From Alphaproteobacteria bacterium (lineage in GTDB: Bacteria; Pseudomonadota; Alphaproteobacteria; JAQWUY01), in assembly GCA_029250225.1 (NCBI GenBank), contig JAQWUY010000010.1, positions 5,209-69,208 of the forward strand: DNA of 64,000 nucleotides, written 5' to 3'. The notes under the pieces are model-generated. The model saw nothing but the letters and a program-made list of their open reading frames with translations, searched no databases and was not told the origin of the DNA. Made by a program: the position numbers and the translations under genes. Shown one piece after another: positions 29,205 through 38,457 of the stretch (the first letter of the stretch is position 1; the number at the start of each line of letters is the position of its first letter).

Positions 29205-30842
29205 TTAATTAATCGAAACATCTGTTTTAATTGATAATATTGTAATTGGTAATGGACTATCACCTGATATATTCCACAAACTATCGCTACTATAATTTTG
29301 CCAACCTAGTATACTGATTGATTTATCACCGCTAAACAAAGAAATTGGTTTATTTAAAATTCCCTGTCCGAATTTTTGAAAAGATAATGTATTTGTTCTA
29401 CCGCCAACCTCAATTTTTAATGATGCAGTATTCTTTAATCGGATTGTAATATTGCGAATTCTTATTTTTCTGCCTGTTTGTTCACTAGATAAAGGTAATG
29501 ATTTAATTGTATGTTTATATTTATAACCCAAGAATATTTTGTTAGCTTTATTATTTAAATCAATGATTCCATTATTAACTACAACTTCTTTGTGTAAAAT
29601 ATTATCAGCAACTAACATTGCTTTTTTACCATTAAAGGTATCAAAACCACTAAATTGAAAAGCTGGTTCTTCTGTTTTTTTTATAATACAGCAATCCATT
29701 AATACCTCTTTTGAAAAAACCTCTAAGAAATATTGCTCTGCTCTTTTCACAACAGTGTAAATGTAATCTTTATTAGTTCCAACACTTATATATTGTCCAT
29801 CTGTTTCATATGATGACCACGCTGAAACACCTTCAACATAATCATTATTTAAAACAGCCATAGTTCCATCTTTTTTGACACAAAATAACCTATTATGTTT
29901 GAAACTAAATGCAATATCAGTAATATCTTTTGTCAAATGCTTTGATATCGATACAATTGGACAAGCCTTATAATTTAAAGACATATTTTCGTTTTGTTTA
30001 AAAGAATAAATATTATTACAATCTGAATTTACAAATAAAACTTCATCTTTTGTATCAACTACATTAATATTTGAATTTCTTGGTGAACCTATCGTAGTAT
30101 ATTTTTTCGCTAAAATTTTATTTGGCGTTATTGGGCTACCCTCAATAATCCATTCACCAGAATTTGTAAATAATATTAAATAAGAACTACAATACAAATT
30201 AGATATAAAATCATTACCCGTTGATAATAATTTAATATCTATTCCTTCATCATCTAAACTTTCTCCTAACGAAAAATCACTTTCTGAACCAGATCTAGAA
30301 AACCATATACGATTAGGATGCTCCTTTGTACCAGCAATAACTATACGACCTTGGAAAAAACCTATAGTTTTTGGATAACCACTTGAAGAATTAAATAAAT
30401 TATCTTCAAATCCTGAAAAATTAGTATCTTCTATGGAAAAAATATTATCTTGATAAGATATTCTTTTTATTGGATAATCACCAGAACAAATCCATAATGA
30501 ATTATTGTTTTCACTAAAAAATAAATTTTTCAATTTTGATTTAGGAAAAGGAGTAATAAGTTGCGTTATTTTACTTTTCCCCTTGTATATATCAACTTTT
30601 CTATCGTGAAAAACAGCCAAATAATCATCTTCTTGTACAGAAAAATTAATTAATCTTGCCTCGGTTGGTAATTCACCCAATAAAACAGAACCACTTCTTC
30701 TAATTACACCACCTGTATTTAAAACATTAACATTTATTAATTTACTTGCTCCATTATTATAAGTTTCTAAATCACCACGGCCATATAAATCAGATGTTAC
30801 TTCACCGCTGGTAAATGATGTTTTTAAAATTATTTGTTTCAT
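29205..30842 (-). CDS. Podovirus tail tubular protein B / nozzle-like protein
   Basis: N-terminal SFTSGEV...GRGDL..Y..G.....NV.....GGVIRRSGS, YPKTIGFFQGRIVIAG, IWFSRSG...F, VSAWS, PLPITILSI. Confidence 0.82.
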   Translation of the reverse strand: MKQIILKTSFTSGEVTSDLYGRGDLETYNNGASKLINVNVLNTGGVIRRSGSVLLGELPTEARLINFSVQEDDYLAVFHDRKVDIYKGKSKITQLITPFPKSKLKNLFFSENNNSLWICSGDYPIKRISYQDNIFSIEDTNFSGFEDNLFNSSSGYPKTIGFFQGRIVIAGTKEHPNRIWFSRSGSESDFSLGESLDDEGIDIKLLSTGNDFISNLYCSSYLILFTNSGEWIIEGSPITPNKILAKKYTTIGSPRNSNINVVDTKDEVLFVNSDCNNIYSFKQNENMSLNYKACPIVSISKHLTKDITDIAFSFKHNRLFCVKKDGTMAVLNNDYVEGVSAWSSYETDGQYISVGTNKDYIYTVVKRAEQYFLEVFSKEVLMDCCIIKKTEEPAFQFSGFDTFNGKKAMLVADNILHKEVVVNNGIIDLNNKANKIFLGYKYKHTIKSLPLSSEQTGRKIRIRNITIRLKNTASLKIEVGGRTNTLSFQKFGQGILNKPISLFSGDKSISILGWQNYSSDSLWNISGDSPLPITILSIKTDVSIN

Positions 30843-31387
30843 AATCTAACATCCGTTAAAATATTGAAATCAAGATTGGTATTCATTTCCTGAGATGCAT
30901 CAACAAGTCTAGCTTGCTTGAATTCATTTTCATATCTTCTAAATAAAAATTCTGTTCTTGTTGTACTATCTGTTAAAGGCAAACATATTTCAGCACATAT
31001 TCTAAAAACTAATACATTGTCAAAATAAGGCGGGAAATTTTCTTCCTCTGGACGGAAAATATAATCGACTTCAATATTTTGTGTTGTTGTAATTAAAATA
31101 TTATTATGTATTTGGTATTGATTAGCATTTACTTTTAATATTCTTAGACAATCTGCTGGCAATGAAAAATTATATAACCCTTTATCATCAACATTTAATA
31201 ATTGTAATCTTTTTGTTTTTATTGCAAATCGCCATTGATACGATGATAATAATCCATCGCGTATACCATCATAACTTTCTTTTAGAACCATTGCCTCAGA
31301 TGTATTTTCATTAAATCCTTGGATTGGTGTTACACCTATACTTACTAAAGCACGATTTACTAAATCAATTTTATTTTTTGCCATCAT
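30839..31387 (-). CDS. Podovirus tail tubular protein A / head-tail adaptor-like protein
   Basis: IDLVNRALVSIGVTPI, YD..RD.LL..YQWRFA, F.LPADCLRI, FPPYF, ARLVDASQ. SD AAAGGA supports ATG 31387 or 31384. Confidence 0.82.
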   Translation of the reverse strand: MMAKNKIDLVNRALVSIGVTPIQGFNENTSEAMVLKESYDGIRDGLLSSYQWRFAIKTKRLQLLNVDDKGLYNFSLPADCLRILKVNANQYQIHNNILITTTQNIEVDYIFRPEEENFPPYFDNVLVFRICAEICLPLTDSTTRTEFLFRRYENEFKQARLVDASQEMNTNLDFNILTDVRL

Positions 31388-31397
31388 TATTCCTTTC

Positions 31398-31427
31398 AAA
31401 AAAAAGCCCCCGAATGATTACGGGGGC
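31398..31427 (-). terminator. Strong intrinsic terminator between the capsid genes and tail genes
   Basis: Minus strand GCCCCCG-TAATCATT-CGGGGGC-TTTTTTTT. Confidence 0.9.
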
Positions 31428-31452
31428 AAGTTTATTAATAATTAATGTATAA

Positions 31453-31710
31453 TTAATCTGTGTCAGATACCGGCAATGCAAGCGGATCTTTAGTATCAAC
31501 AACACCATTATCATTTGTTGCAACAGATACAAAACCAACTTTATCAAGTGCTGAAACAATAATCATATCACCTACACGAAGCATTTCATTAGCACTGTTT
31601 AGGTAACCTTGTGTATCAACATCATCAATATTATCAGTTGTTTTTAAATGCCATAATGTAAAACCATTTGCATATGCTAATACTGATAAATCTGTAATTT
31701 TAAACGCCAT
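31453..31710 (-). CDS. Small protein co-transcribed with the capsid gene (candidate decoration/cement protein)
   Basis: 85 aa, strong SD GGAGG, LSVLAYANGFTLWH...GYLN.ANEMLRVGDMI. Lies between the capsid gene and the terminator. Confidence 0.75.
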   Translation of the reverse strand: MAFKITDLSVLAYANGFTLWHLKTTDNIDDVDTQGYLNSANEMLRVGDMIIVSALDKVGFVSVATNDNGVVDTKDPLALPVSDTD

Positions 31711-31721
31711 ATTTTACCTCC

Positions 31722-32561
31722 TTACTCTGCACATTCCATTTTAACAATACCATCGGTATCAATCACACCGGCACCTTGGCTCATCATATTATTGATAAAG
31801 AAAGATGCACGGTCACCGTGCCACGAAACATCAGTTTTTACATTACTACCTGATGCATGAGCAATAGAATTCTTGTGATACCAGTAACATTGTCTTGCTC
31901 CACTCTTAAGTGTTAAACCACTGTGTGGCAACCATAATGTTCCTAACCACCTTTTAGCTTGCGTTGTCTTCCAAGGTAAATCTTCTTTCCCAATGTATTC
32001 AGAATTTGCAAATTCTTTTATTTCCATTAGATCAGACCACTGCTTCCAACCAACAATCGCATACCTTTCACCATCATCAGCAACATCTTTTTCGCCTAAT
32101 TTTTCAAATGCTGATAATACTTTTTGTTTTGTTAAACCTTCTGATGATTTATATCCTGTTTTATTTACAGTAGTTGTATCAATCGATGCATTACTATCAA
32201 GTGCATTAATTATAAGTTCATCAGTTTTACGACCTAATGCATATGCACCCGCATTTGCAACTACCCTTTTTTCATCGTGGTTTATTTTTAATTCATCTAA
32301 TTTATCTAACCAATCACCTGCATAGTAATCATACAAAGATATTTCAATCGGTGTATGATTAATATTCATTACTGGAACTTGTCCATTACGAGATTTAATC
32401 CCCGCAGAACCCTTGCCAACGGCTTGAAAAGTTGTTGATGAACCTCTTACATTATTACGCGTGCGAACTGTTGTTCTTAGTTTAGAACCTGTGCGTTGAT
32501 ACGCCTGATGTACTTCTGCTTCAAAAGAGCGAATAAACGATAATTCAAGATTTTTACTCAT
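31722..32561 (-). CDS. Phage major capsid protein (podovirus type)
   Basis: FIRSFEAEVHQAYQRTGSKLRTTVR, DWLDKLDELK, AYALGRKTDELII, WSDLMEIKEFANSEYIG, MSQGAGVID. First gene of the virion operon, SD AAAGGA. Confidence 0.87.
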   Translation of the reverse strand: MSKNLELSFIRSFEAEVHQAYQRTGSKLRTTVRTRNNVRGSSTTFQAVGKGSAGIKSRNGQVPVMNINHTPIEISLYDYYAGDWLDKLDELKINHDEKRVVANAGAYALGRKTDELIINALDSNASIDTTTVNKTGYKSSEGLTKQKVLSAFEKLGEKDVADDGERYAIVGWKQWSDLMEIKEFANSEYIGKEDLPWKTTQAKRWLGTLWLPHSGLTLKSGARQCYWYHKNSIAHASGSNVKTDVSWHGDRASFFINNMMSQGAGVIDTDGIVKMECAE

Positions 32562-32622
32562 TTCTTAAATCCTTTCTTAATTATTATAATTCTTAGAGAA
32601 TAAATATTTTGATTACCCAAAT

Positions 32623-32651
32623 AAAAAAACACCCAGTAAAAATGGATGTTT
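32623..32651 (-). terminator. Leader hairpin plus T-tract upstream of the capsid gene (putative attenuator)
   Basis: Minus strand AAACATCCA-TTTTTAC-TGGGTGTTT-TTTT, a 9-bp stem with one G-U pair. Confidence 0.62.
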
Positions 32652-32770
32652 AAAAAAGGTCAATAATATTTATGTAAAGACTATGGGCTGTAAAAGTTAT
32701 CCATAAAAAACATTTAAATGATTAAAATATAATATATTTTAGATACACCTTCTGCATGTTTTCAAAATAT

Positions 32771-32799
32771 GTTATATAGGATTTTATTCTTATTGTCAA
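32771..32799 (-). promoter_or_regulatory. Putative sigma70 promoter of the virion operon with an embedded 18-bp operator-like box
   Basis: Minus strand TTGACA-17 nt-TATAAC. The spacer is occupied by ATAAGAATAAAATCCTAT (32793-32776). Confidence 0.8.
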
Positions 32800-32807
32800 T
32801 AGAAAAG

Positions 32808-33116
32808 TTAATCTTTGCGGTAAAAATATCTCTTCTGATGAAAAAATACTCTATGGAATAATCGTATTGAAATTATTGCCATAAACAAATAATAAATATT
32901 ATATTCATATATGTAAGGACTTATAATTAATGATTTTTCTTGCGCAACTAGAATATTTGTTCCATCAATTATTAAATAGATAAATACAAATAATAAAAAA
33001 TTTAAAAATGAATTATTTGTTAAGAAAGATTCATTCTTAAATGCACCTGCAAATAAAAGAGAGTAAAATAAAGAAGTACTTAAATACCAAAAGTTTTGTT
33101 GTAAAAATTCAACCAT
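32808..33116 (-). CDS. Hypothetical small membrane protein
   Basis: 102 aa with three hydrophobic segments and a basic C-terminus. Confidence 0.55.
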   Translation of the reverse strand: MVEFLQQNFWYLSTSLFYSLLFAGAFKNESFLTNNSFLNFLLFVFIYLIIDGTNILVAQEKSLIISPYIYEYNIYYLFMAIISIRLFHRVFFHQKRYFYRKD

Positions 33117-33267
33117 AATAATTTCTCAAAGCTATATTAATACAACCAAGAATAGCATTTATATAATAATATGTCAAACCGGCATAAAGACACTTTATAG
33201 TCTTGACTTAAATAAATAAAAACCTTATGCTTATCTTTAAGTTTTTAGTTTTAGTTCTACAATCATA

Positions 33268-34257
33268 ATGGCTGAAAAGTTGGCAACACAAATCAAATCA
33301 CAATATCTATATGACAAAGTAAAAGATGTGTATTCCCTTGACGATTGGGAGTATATGGAACCTTTGATTGCTAGAATTAACCAATTAAAAAAAGAAAAAA
33401 ATGCTGTAATATTGGCACACAACTATATGACACCTGATATATATCATTGTGTCTCTGATATTGTTGGTGATAGCCTTGCCCTTGCCATCGAAGCAAAAAA
33501 AGTTGAATCTGATATAATAGTAATGGCCGGTGTTCATTTTATGGCGGAAACATCAAAAATTTTAAGTCCAGAGAAAAAAGTTCTTATACCTGATGATAAG
33601 GCTGGTTGTTCACTTGCCTCTTCTATAACCGGTGCTGATGTTCGTAAACTTAAACAACTTTATCCGGGGCGTCCTGTAATTACATATGTAAACACAACAG
33701 CAGATGTAAAAGCGGAAACTGATATTTGCTGTACATCTGGTAATGTAGAAAAAATAGTTAGATCACTGGGTGTTGATGAAGTTATATTAATTCCTGATAA
33801 ATACCTAGCTGGAAATGTTGAAAAAGCAACAGGCATCAGATGTATTACTTGGGATGATGGTTCTTGTGAAGTACACGAATTATTTACAGTTGATGAAATG
33901 AAAACACTACGAAAAAGTGACCCTGATTTAAAAATAATTGCTCATCCGGAATGCCCAAAAGAAGTGGTAGCAGAAGCTGATTTTGCCGGTTCAACAGCGG
34001 GTATGATTAATTATGTTGTTGATAATCAACCCGAAAAAGTTGCACTAATTACAGAATGTTCAATGAGCCACAATATCGCAAAACAAGCCCCTAATACAAA
34101 ATTTATGGGAATGTGTCGTATGTGCCCACATATGAAAAAAATAACGCTAGAAAATATAGTTAAATGCCTAGAACAAGAAACCATCGAAGTATACCTTGAT
34201 GATGAAATAATTCAAAAAGCATATGGTTCAGTACAAAGAATGCTTGAAAGAAGCTAA
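33268..34257 (+). CDS. nadA: Quinolinate synthase
   Basis: ILAHNY, GDSL, GVHFMAET, AGCSLA, YVNT, CEVH, AHPEC, CPHMK. Confidence 0.97.
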   Translation: MAEKLATQIKSQYLYDKVKDVYSLDDWEYMEPLIARINQLKKEKNAVILAHNYMTPDIYHCVSDIVGDSLALAIEAKKVESDIIVMAGVHFMAETSKILSPEKKVLIPDDKAGCSLASSITGADVRKLKQLYPGRPVITYVNTTADVKAETDICCTSGNVEKIVRSLGVDEVILIPDKYLAGNVEKATGIRCITWDDGSCEVHELFTVDEMKTLRKSDPDLKIIAHPECPKEVVAEADFAGSTAGMINYVVDNQPEKVALITECSMSHNIAKQAPNTKFMGMCRMCPHMKKITLENIVKCLEQETIEVYLDDEIIQKAYGSVQRMLERS

Positions 34258-35735
34258 TGAATAATATTGAGTGCGATATAGTTATTGTTGGAACCGGCAT
34301 TGCTGGATTGAGTTGTGCATTAGGTTTTCAAGACAATACAAAAATAATTATAATATCAAATAATAACCCAGGAAAAAGTGGCTCAACTAGATTTGCTCAA
34401 GGCGGAATAGCTTTTTCTGAAAATGACGGTGAATCAACAAAAGCACATATATACGATACTATTAATGCAGGTTCTGGTATGTGTGATAAAACAGCTGTCC
34501 ACCACTTTATCGAACAATCTAATAAAACAATAAAATGGCTAGAAAAACAAGGAGTGAACTTCGACAAGAGAGAAGACGGAACCATACAAAAAGGACTCGA
34601 AGGTGGTCATTCTGAAAATCGTATCGCGCACATAGGCGGTGATGCTACCGGAATCGGAATCATAAATGCTTTATTTGAAAAAATATCTAGCAAAGATAAT
34701 ATATCGTTTATTAAAGGTGAATTATCAGCATTATTAACAGATGATAATAATACTGTTTGTGGAATTGAAGCAGAAGGCTTTACAATAAAATCGTCATCTG
34801 TAATTTTTGCAACAGGTGGTGGTTGCGGAATATTCGGCGATAGAACCGCACCTGAGCAACCTTTATCTGCTTTTGAGTTAGCATTACAAGCAGGTACAAA
34901 AGCAACAGATATGGAATTTTTCCAATACCACCCAACCGCACTTGATTTACCACTTGAAGTAACGGTGCAAATTCCAAGACTTCCACTTATAACCGAAGCA
35001 ATTCGTGGTGCAGGTGCATTATTAAAAGTTGGAAAAAATCTAATGCAAATTAACCACGAAATGGGTTCACTTGCACCCAGAGATGTGGTAAGTCGTGCTG
35101 TTTTTGAAAATCGTCAACAAGGAAAAAGAGTGTATTTAGACACATCTAGTATACAAAATTTTTCATCAATATTTCCAACTATCGCAAATATATGCAAACA
35201 GTATGATATCGATTATAACAAAATCCCAATCCGAACCGCGGTGCATTATCAAATAGGTGGCATAAAAACAGATGTAAATGGTAGAACTTGTGTTGACGGA
35301 TTATATGTAATTGGCGAAGCATCATCAACCGGTCTACACGGAGCAAATCGCTTAGCATCGAATTCTTTACTAGAAGCCTCAATTATGGGTAAAACTTGTG
35401 CTGAAACGATACAAAAATCAAATATTCGTGGTGGAATAATAAAAAGACGAATTATAAGTAAAAAAGATTCAACACAATCTACCGTAAGGGATATAAACAA
35501 TCGCTCGCTAGGAATAATTCGCAATCACGATACACTAAAAGATGCAATAATAACATTATCAACATTACCACAAACACCTAATGTAATAGCTAGTTTAATG
35601 TCTAATTTATTCGCATTAAGGCGAACTGAAAGCGTAGGTTCGCATTATAGAAGTGATTACCTAGAAACAAAAAGAATGCCACGACAACATATGAACTTAG
35701 ATGAATTCAAAGAAGAAATAAGACAGGTTATTTAA
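34257..35735 (+). CDS. nadB: L-aspartate oxidase
   Basis: VGTGIAGL, AQGGIA, EGGHS, QYHPT, LITEAIRG, LAPRDVVSRA, GLHGANRLASNSLLE. Confidence 0.95.
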   Translation: MNNIECDIVIVGTGIAGLSCALGFQDNTKIIIISNNNPGKSGSTRFAQGGIAFSENDGESTKAHIYDTINAGSGMCDKTAVHHFIEQSNKTIKWLEKQGVNFDKREDGTIQKGLEGGHSENRIAHIGGDATGIGIINALFEKISSKDNISFIKGELSALLTDDNNTVCGIEAEGFTIKSSSVIFATGGGCGIFGDRTAPEQPLSAFELALQAGTKATDMEFFQYHPTALDLPLEVTVQIPRLPLITEAIRGAGALLKVGKNLMQINHEMGSLAPRDVVSRAVFENRQQGKRVYLDTSSIQNFSSIFPTIANICKQYDIDYNKIPIRTAVHYQIGGIKTDVNGRTCVDGLYVIGEASSTGLHGANRLASNSLLEASIMGKTCAETIQKSNIRGGIIKRRIISKKDSTQSTVRDINNRSLGIIRNHDTLKDAIITLSTLPQTPNVIASLMSNLFALRRTESVGSHYRSDYLETKRMPRQHMNLDEFKEEIRQVI

Positions 35736-35736
35736 A

Positions 35737-36555
35737 ATGAATATCACAGAAATAGTAAAATCAGCCATACAGGAAGATATAAAAGATATAGGCGATATTA
35801 CCGCAAATAGCTTACTTCCTGAAAATCACAAATCACAAGCTAGAATTTTTGCAAAACAAAATGGTGTTTGTGCTGGAATAAAGTACGCAGTTGAAACATT
35901 AAAGCAATTTAATTTAGATTTTACTGTTAATAAAAATGATGGCGATATATTAAACATTGGTGATACTATAATTACAATATCAGGAACAACAAGAAATATA
36001 TTAACCACTGAACGAACAATACTTAATTTTATAGGTCATTTATCAGGGGTTGCAACTACAACAAACAAGGCTGTAAAAATCGCAAAACCGCACAATGTAA
36101 TTATTGCCTGTACTCGCAAAACAACCCCTGGGTTACGAGATGCTGAAAAATATGCTGTAAAATCAGGCGGAGGTGATACACATCGCTTTGGTTTATACGA
36201 TGCGGTAATGATAAAAGACAATCATTTGCTAGCACACCCAAATATTATTGAAGCCACAAAAATTGTTCAACAAAAACAACCAAATGTTAAAATAGAAGTA
36301 GAAGTTGATACAATACAACAGTTAGAACAAGTATTAAGTGTAAATCCAGATGTTATATTACTAGATAATATGAAACCAGAAATAGTAAAAAAATGTGTTT
36401 CTATCAATGATACAAAAACATTACTAGAAGCATCAGGAAATATAAATTTAGATAACCTAGAACAGTATTGCAAAACTGGGGTTGATATTATATCAATGGG
36501 CTGGTTAACACATTCTGCAAAAAATCTTGATGTGTCTTTGGAATTAACAAATTAA
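35737..36555 (+). CDS. nadC: Nicotinate-nucleotide diphosphorylase (carboxylating)
   Basis: GDIT, TRKTTPGLR, HRFGL, IKDNH, EVEVD, LLDN, EASG. Confidence 0.97.
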   Translation: MNITEIVKSAIQEDIKDIGDITANSLLPENHKSQARIFAKQNGVCAGIKYAVETLKQFNLDFTVNKNDGDILNIGDTIITISGTTRNILTTERTILNFIGHLSGVATTTNKAVKIAKPHNVIIACTRKTTPGLRDAEKYAVKSGGGDTHRFGLYDAVMIKDNHLLAHPNIIEATKIVQQKQPNVKIEVEVDTIQQLEQVLSVNPDVILLDNMKPEIVKKCVSINDTKTLLEASGNINLDNLEQYCKTGVDIISMGWLTHSAKNLDVSLELTN

Positions 36556-36617
36556 TATTTTAAATTTTATAAACAATTTTTATTGAAAAATAACCTTTTT
36601 TTTAGTAGTTTATCGCT

Positions 36618-38420
36618 ATGACTGATTTATCTCTTATTCGCAACTTTTCGATTGTTGCACACATTGACCACGGAAAATCCACATTAGCCGATCGACTTAT
36701 TCAAATTTGTGGCGGATTATCCGAACGCGAAATGTCTGGGCAAGTTCTCGATAGTATGGATTTGGAACGCGAACGCGGTATTACAATTAAGGCTCAAACT
36801 TGCCGATTATTATACAAAGCGAAAGATGGTAAACAATACACTTTAAACCTTATTGACACACCAGGGCATGTGGATTTTTCATACGAAGTTTCTCGCTCCC
36901 TATCAGCCTGCGAAGGTGCATTGTTAATTGTTGATGCCTCACAAGGTGTAGAAGCTCAAACCCTAGCAAATGTATATTTAGCAATTGAAGCTGATTTAGA
37001 TTTATTCCCAGTACTAAACAAAATTGATTTACCCGCTGCTGAACCAGAACGCATAAAACAACAAATAGAAGATGTAATCGGCATAGATACTGAAAATGCT
37101 ATCGCAATATCTGCAAAAACTGGCGTTGGGATAGAAGAAACCCTAGAATCAATTGTGACACAGTTACCTCCCCCTGTTGGTAACATAGATTCTGAATTAC
37201 AAGCTTTATTAGTAGATAGTTGGTATGATTCTTATCTAGGGGTTGTGATTTTAGTTCGCATAAAAAACGGTGTATTAAAAAAAGGTGACAAAATAAGAAT
37301 GATGTCCACAGGTGCATCTTATCCTGTTGACCGTGTGGGGATTATGACACCAAAAGGTGTTATGGTTAATAAATTATCGGCCGGTGAAATTGGTTTTATT
37401 ACTGCATCAATAAAATCTGTAAAAGATTGTAATGTGGGTGATACAATTACCTTAGATCGTAAACCTTGCACAGAAATGCTAGATGGATTTCAACCATCTG
37501 TACCTGTTGTTTTCTGTGGATTATTCCCAACTGACCAAGGACAATTTGAATTATTAAGAGATAGCTTAGAAAAACTATCTTTAAACGATTCATCTTTCCA
37601 TTTTGAACAAGAAGGCTCAGCTGCTTTGGGGCTTGGTTTCCGTTGTGGATTTTTGGGAATGTTGCACCTAGAAATTATTCAAGAGCGCCTAAGCCGTGAA
37701 TTTGACCTAGATTTAATTACAACGGCTCCATCTGTAGTATATAAATTTGAATTAACAAATGGGGGAAAAATGGAAATACACAATCCAGTTGATTTCCCAG
37801 ATGTATCATCGATAAAGGTAATTGAAGAGCCTTGGATTAAAGCAACAATTATGGTTCCTGATGAATATTTAGGTTCAGTATTAACACTATGCACAGATAA
37901 ACGCGGGCGTCAAATTAACTTAACATATGTCGGTTCAAGGGCGATGGTAGTTTATTCATTACCACTTAATGAAGTTGTATTTGATTTTTACGACAAATTA
38001 AAATCAGCAACAAAAGGATATGCATCATTTGATTATGAACAAACCGGATACGAAGAAGGTAAGTTGGTAAGAGTACAAATTCTTGTAAATGGTGAAAGTG
38101 TTGATTCCTTATCAATGATTGTTCACGAAACACAAGCTGAATACCGAGGTCGTCGTATGTGCGAAAGATTAAAAGACTTAATTCCAAGACATCTGTTTAA
38201 AATACCGATTCAAGCAGCAATTGGTGGAAAAATTATTGCTCGTGAAACTATTGCAGCAATGCGAAAAGATGTAACAGCAAAATGTTATGGTGGTGATGTA
38301 AGCAGAAAGCGTAAACTTCTAGATAAGCAAAAAGAAGGTAAAAAACGAATGCGCCAATTTGCTAATGTTGATATTCCACAATCTGTGTTCCTTGATGCAT
38401 TAAAAATGGACGATGAATAA
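36618..38420 (+). CDS. lepA: Translation elongation factor 4
   Basis: [45 protein letters not shown]. Confidence 0.98.
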   Translation: MTDLSLIRNFSIVAHIDHGKSTLADRLIQICGGLSEREMSGQVLDSMDLERERGITIKAQTCRLLYKAKDGKQYTLNLIDTPGHVDFSYEVSRSLSACEGALLIVDASQGVEAQTLANVYLAIEADLDLFPVLNKIDLPAAEPERIKQQIEDVIGIDTENAIAISAKTGVGIEETLESIVTQLPPPVGNIDSELQALLVDSWYDSYLGVVILVRIKNGVLKKGDKIRMMSTGASYPVDRVGIMTPKGVMVNKLSAGEIGFITASIKSVKDCNVGDTITLDRKPCTEMLDGFQPSVPVVFCGLFPTDQGQFELLRDSLEKLSLNDSSFHFEQEGSAALGLGFRCGFLGMLHLEIIQERLSREFDLDLITTAPSVVYKFELTNGGKMEIHNPVDFPDVSSIKVIEEPWIKATIMVPDEYLGSVLTLCTDKRGRQINLTYVGSRAMVVYSLPLNEVVFDFYDKLKSATKGYASFDYEQTGYEEGKLVRVQILVNGESVDSLSMIVHETQAEYRGRRMCERLKDLIPRHLFKIPIQAAIGGKIIARETIAAMRKDVTAKCYGGDVSRKRKLLDKQKEGKKRMRQFANVDIPQSVFLDALKMDDE

Positions 38421-38457
38421 ACATAAATTTTCAATAAATTAATTGTTTATCATTATA

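Larger units (their letters stand above)
21563..32799. mobile_element. Split phage-derived locus (lysis and podovirus virion modules), candidate domesticated gene transfer agent
   Basis: Eleven intact phage-like or co-operonic ORFs in two convergent operons interleaved with pyrD, HAD and plsC. No integrase or replication genes. Shared promoter box. Confidence 0.65.

Noticed and set aside
31442-31456. CtrA-like box TTAA-N7-TTAA
   Set aside because: It overlaps a stop codon upstream of a terminator rather than a promoter, and such matches are expected by chance in AT-rich DNA.
25604-32561. Canonical RcGTA cluster or tailocin
   Set aside because: No HK97-type portal or protease, tape measure, tail tube or sheath. 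The tail genes are podovirus-type, and a capsid and terminase are present.
21563-32799. Complete inducible prophage
   Set aside because: No integrase, repressor, replication or portal genes and no flanking direct repeats or tRNA target were seen. Housekeeping genes interrupt the region.
33185-33250. NadQ or NrtR operator upstream of nadA
   Set aside because: Only a partial half-site (TTATGCTTA) and short inverted repeats are present, too degenerate to call.
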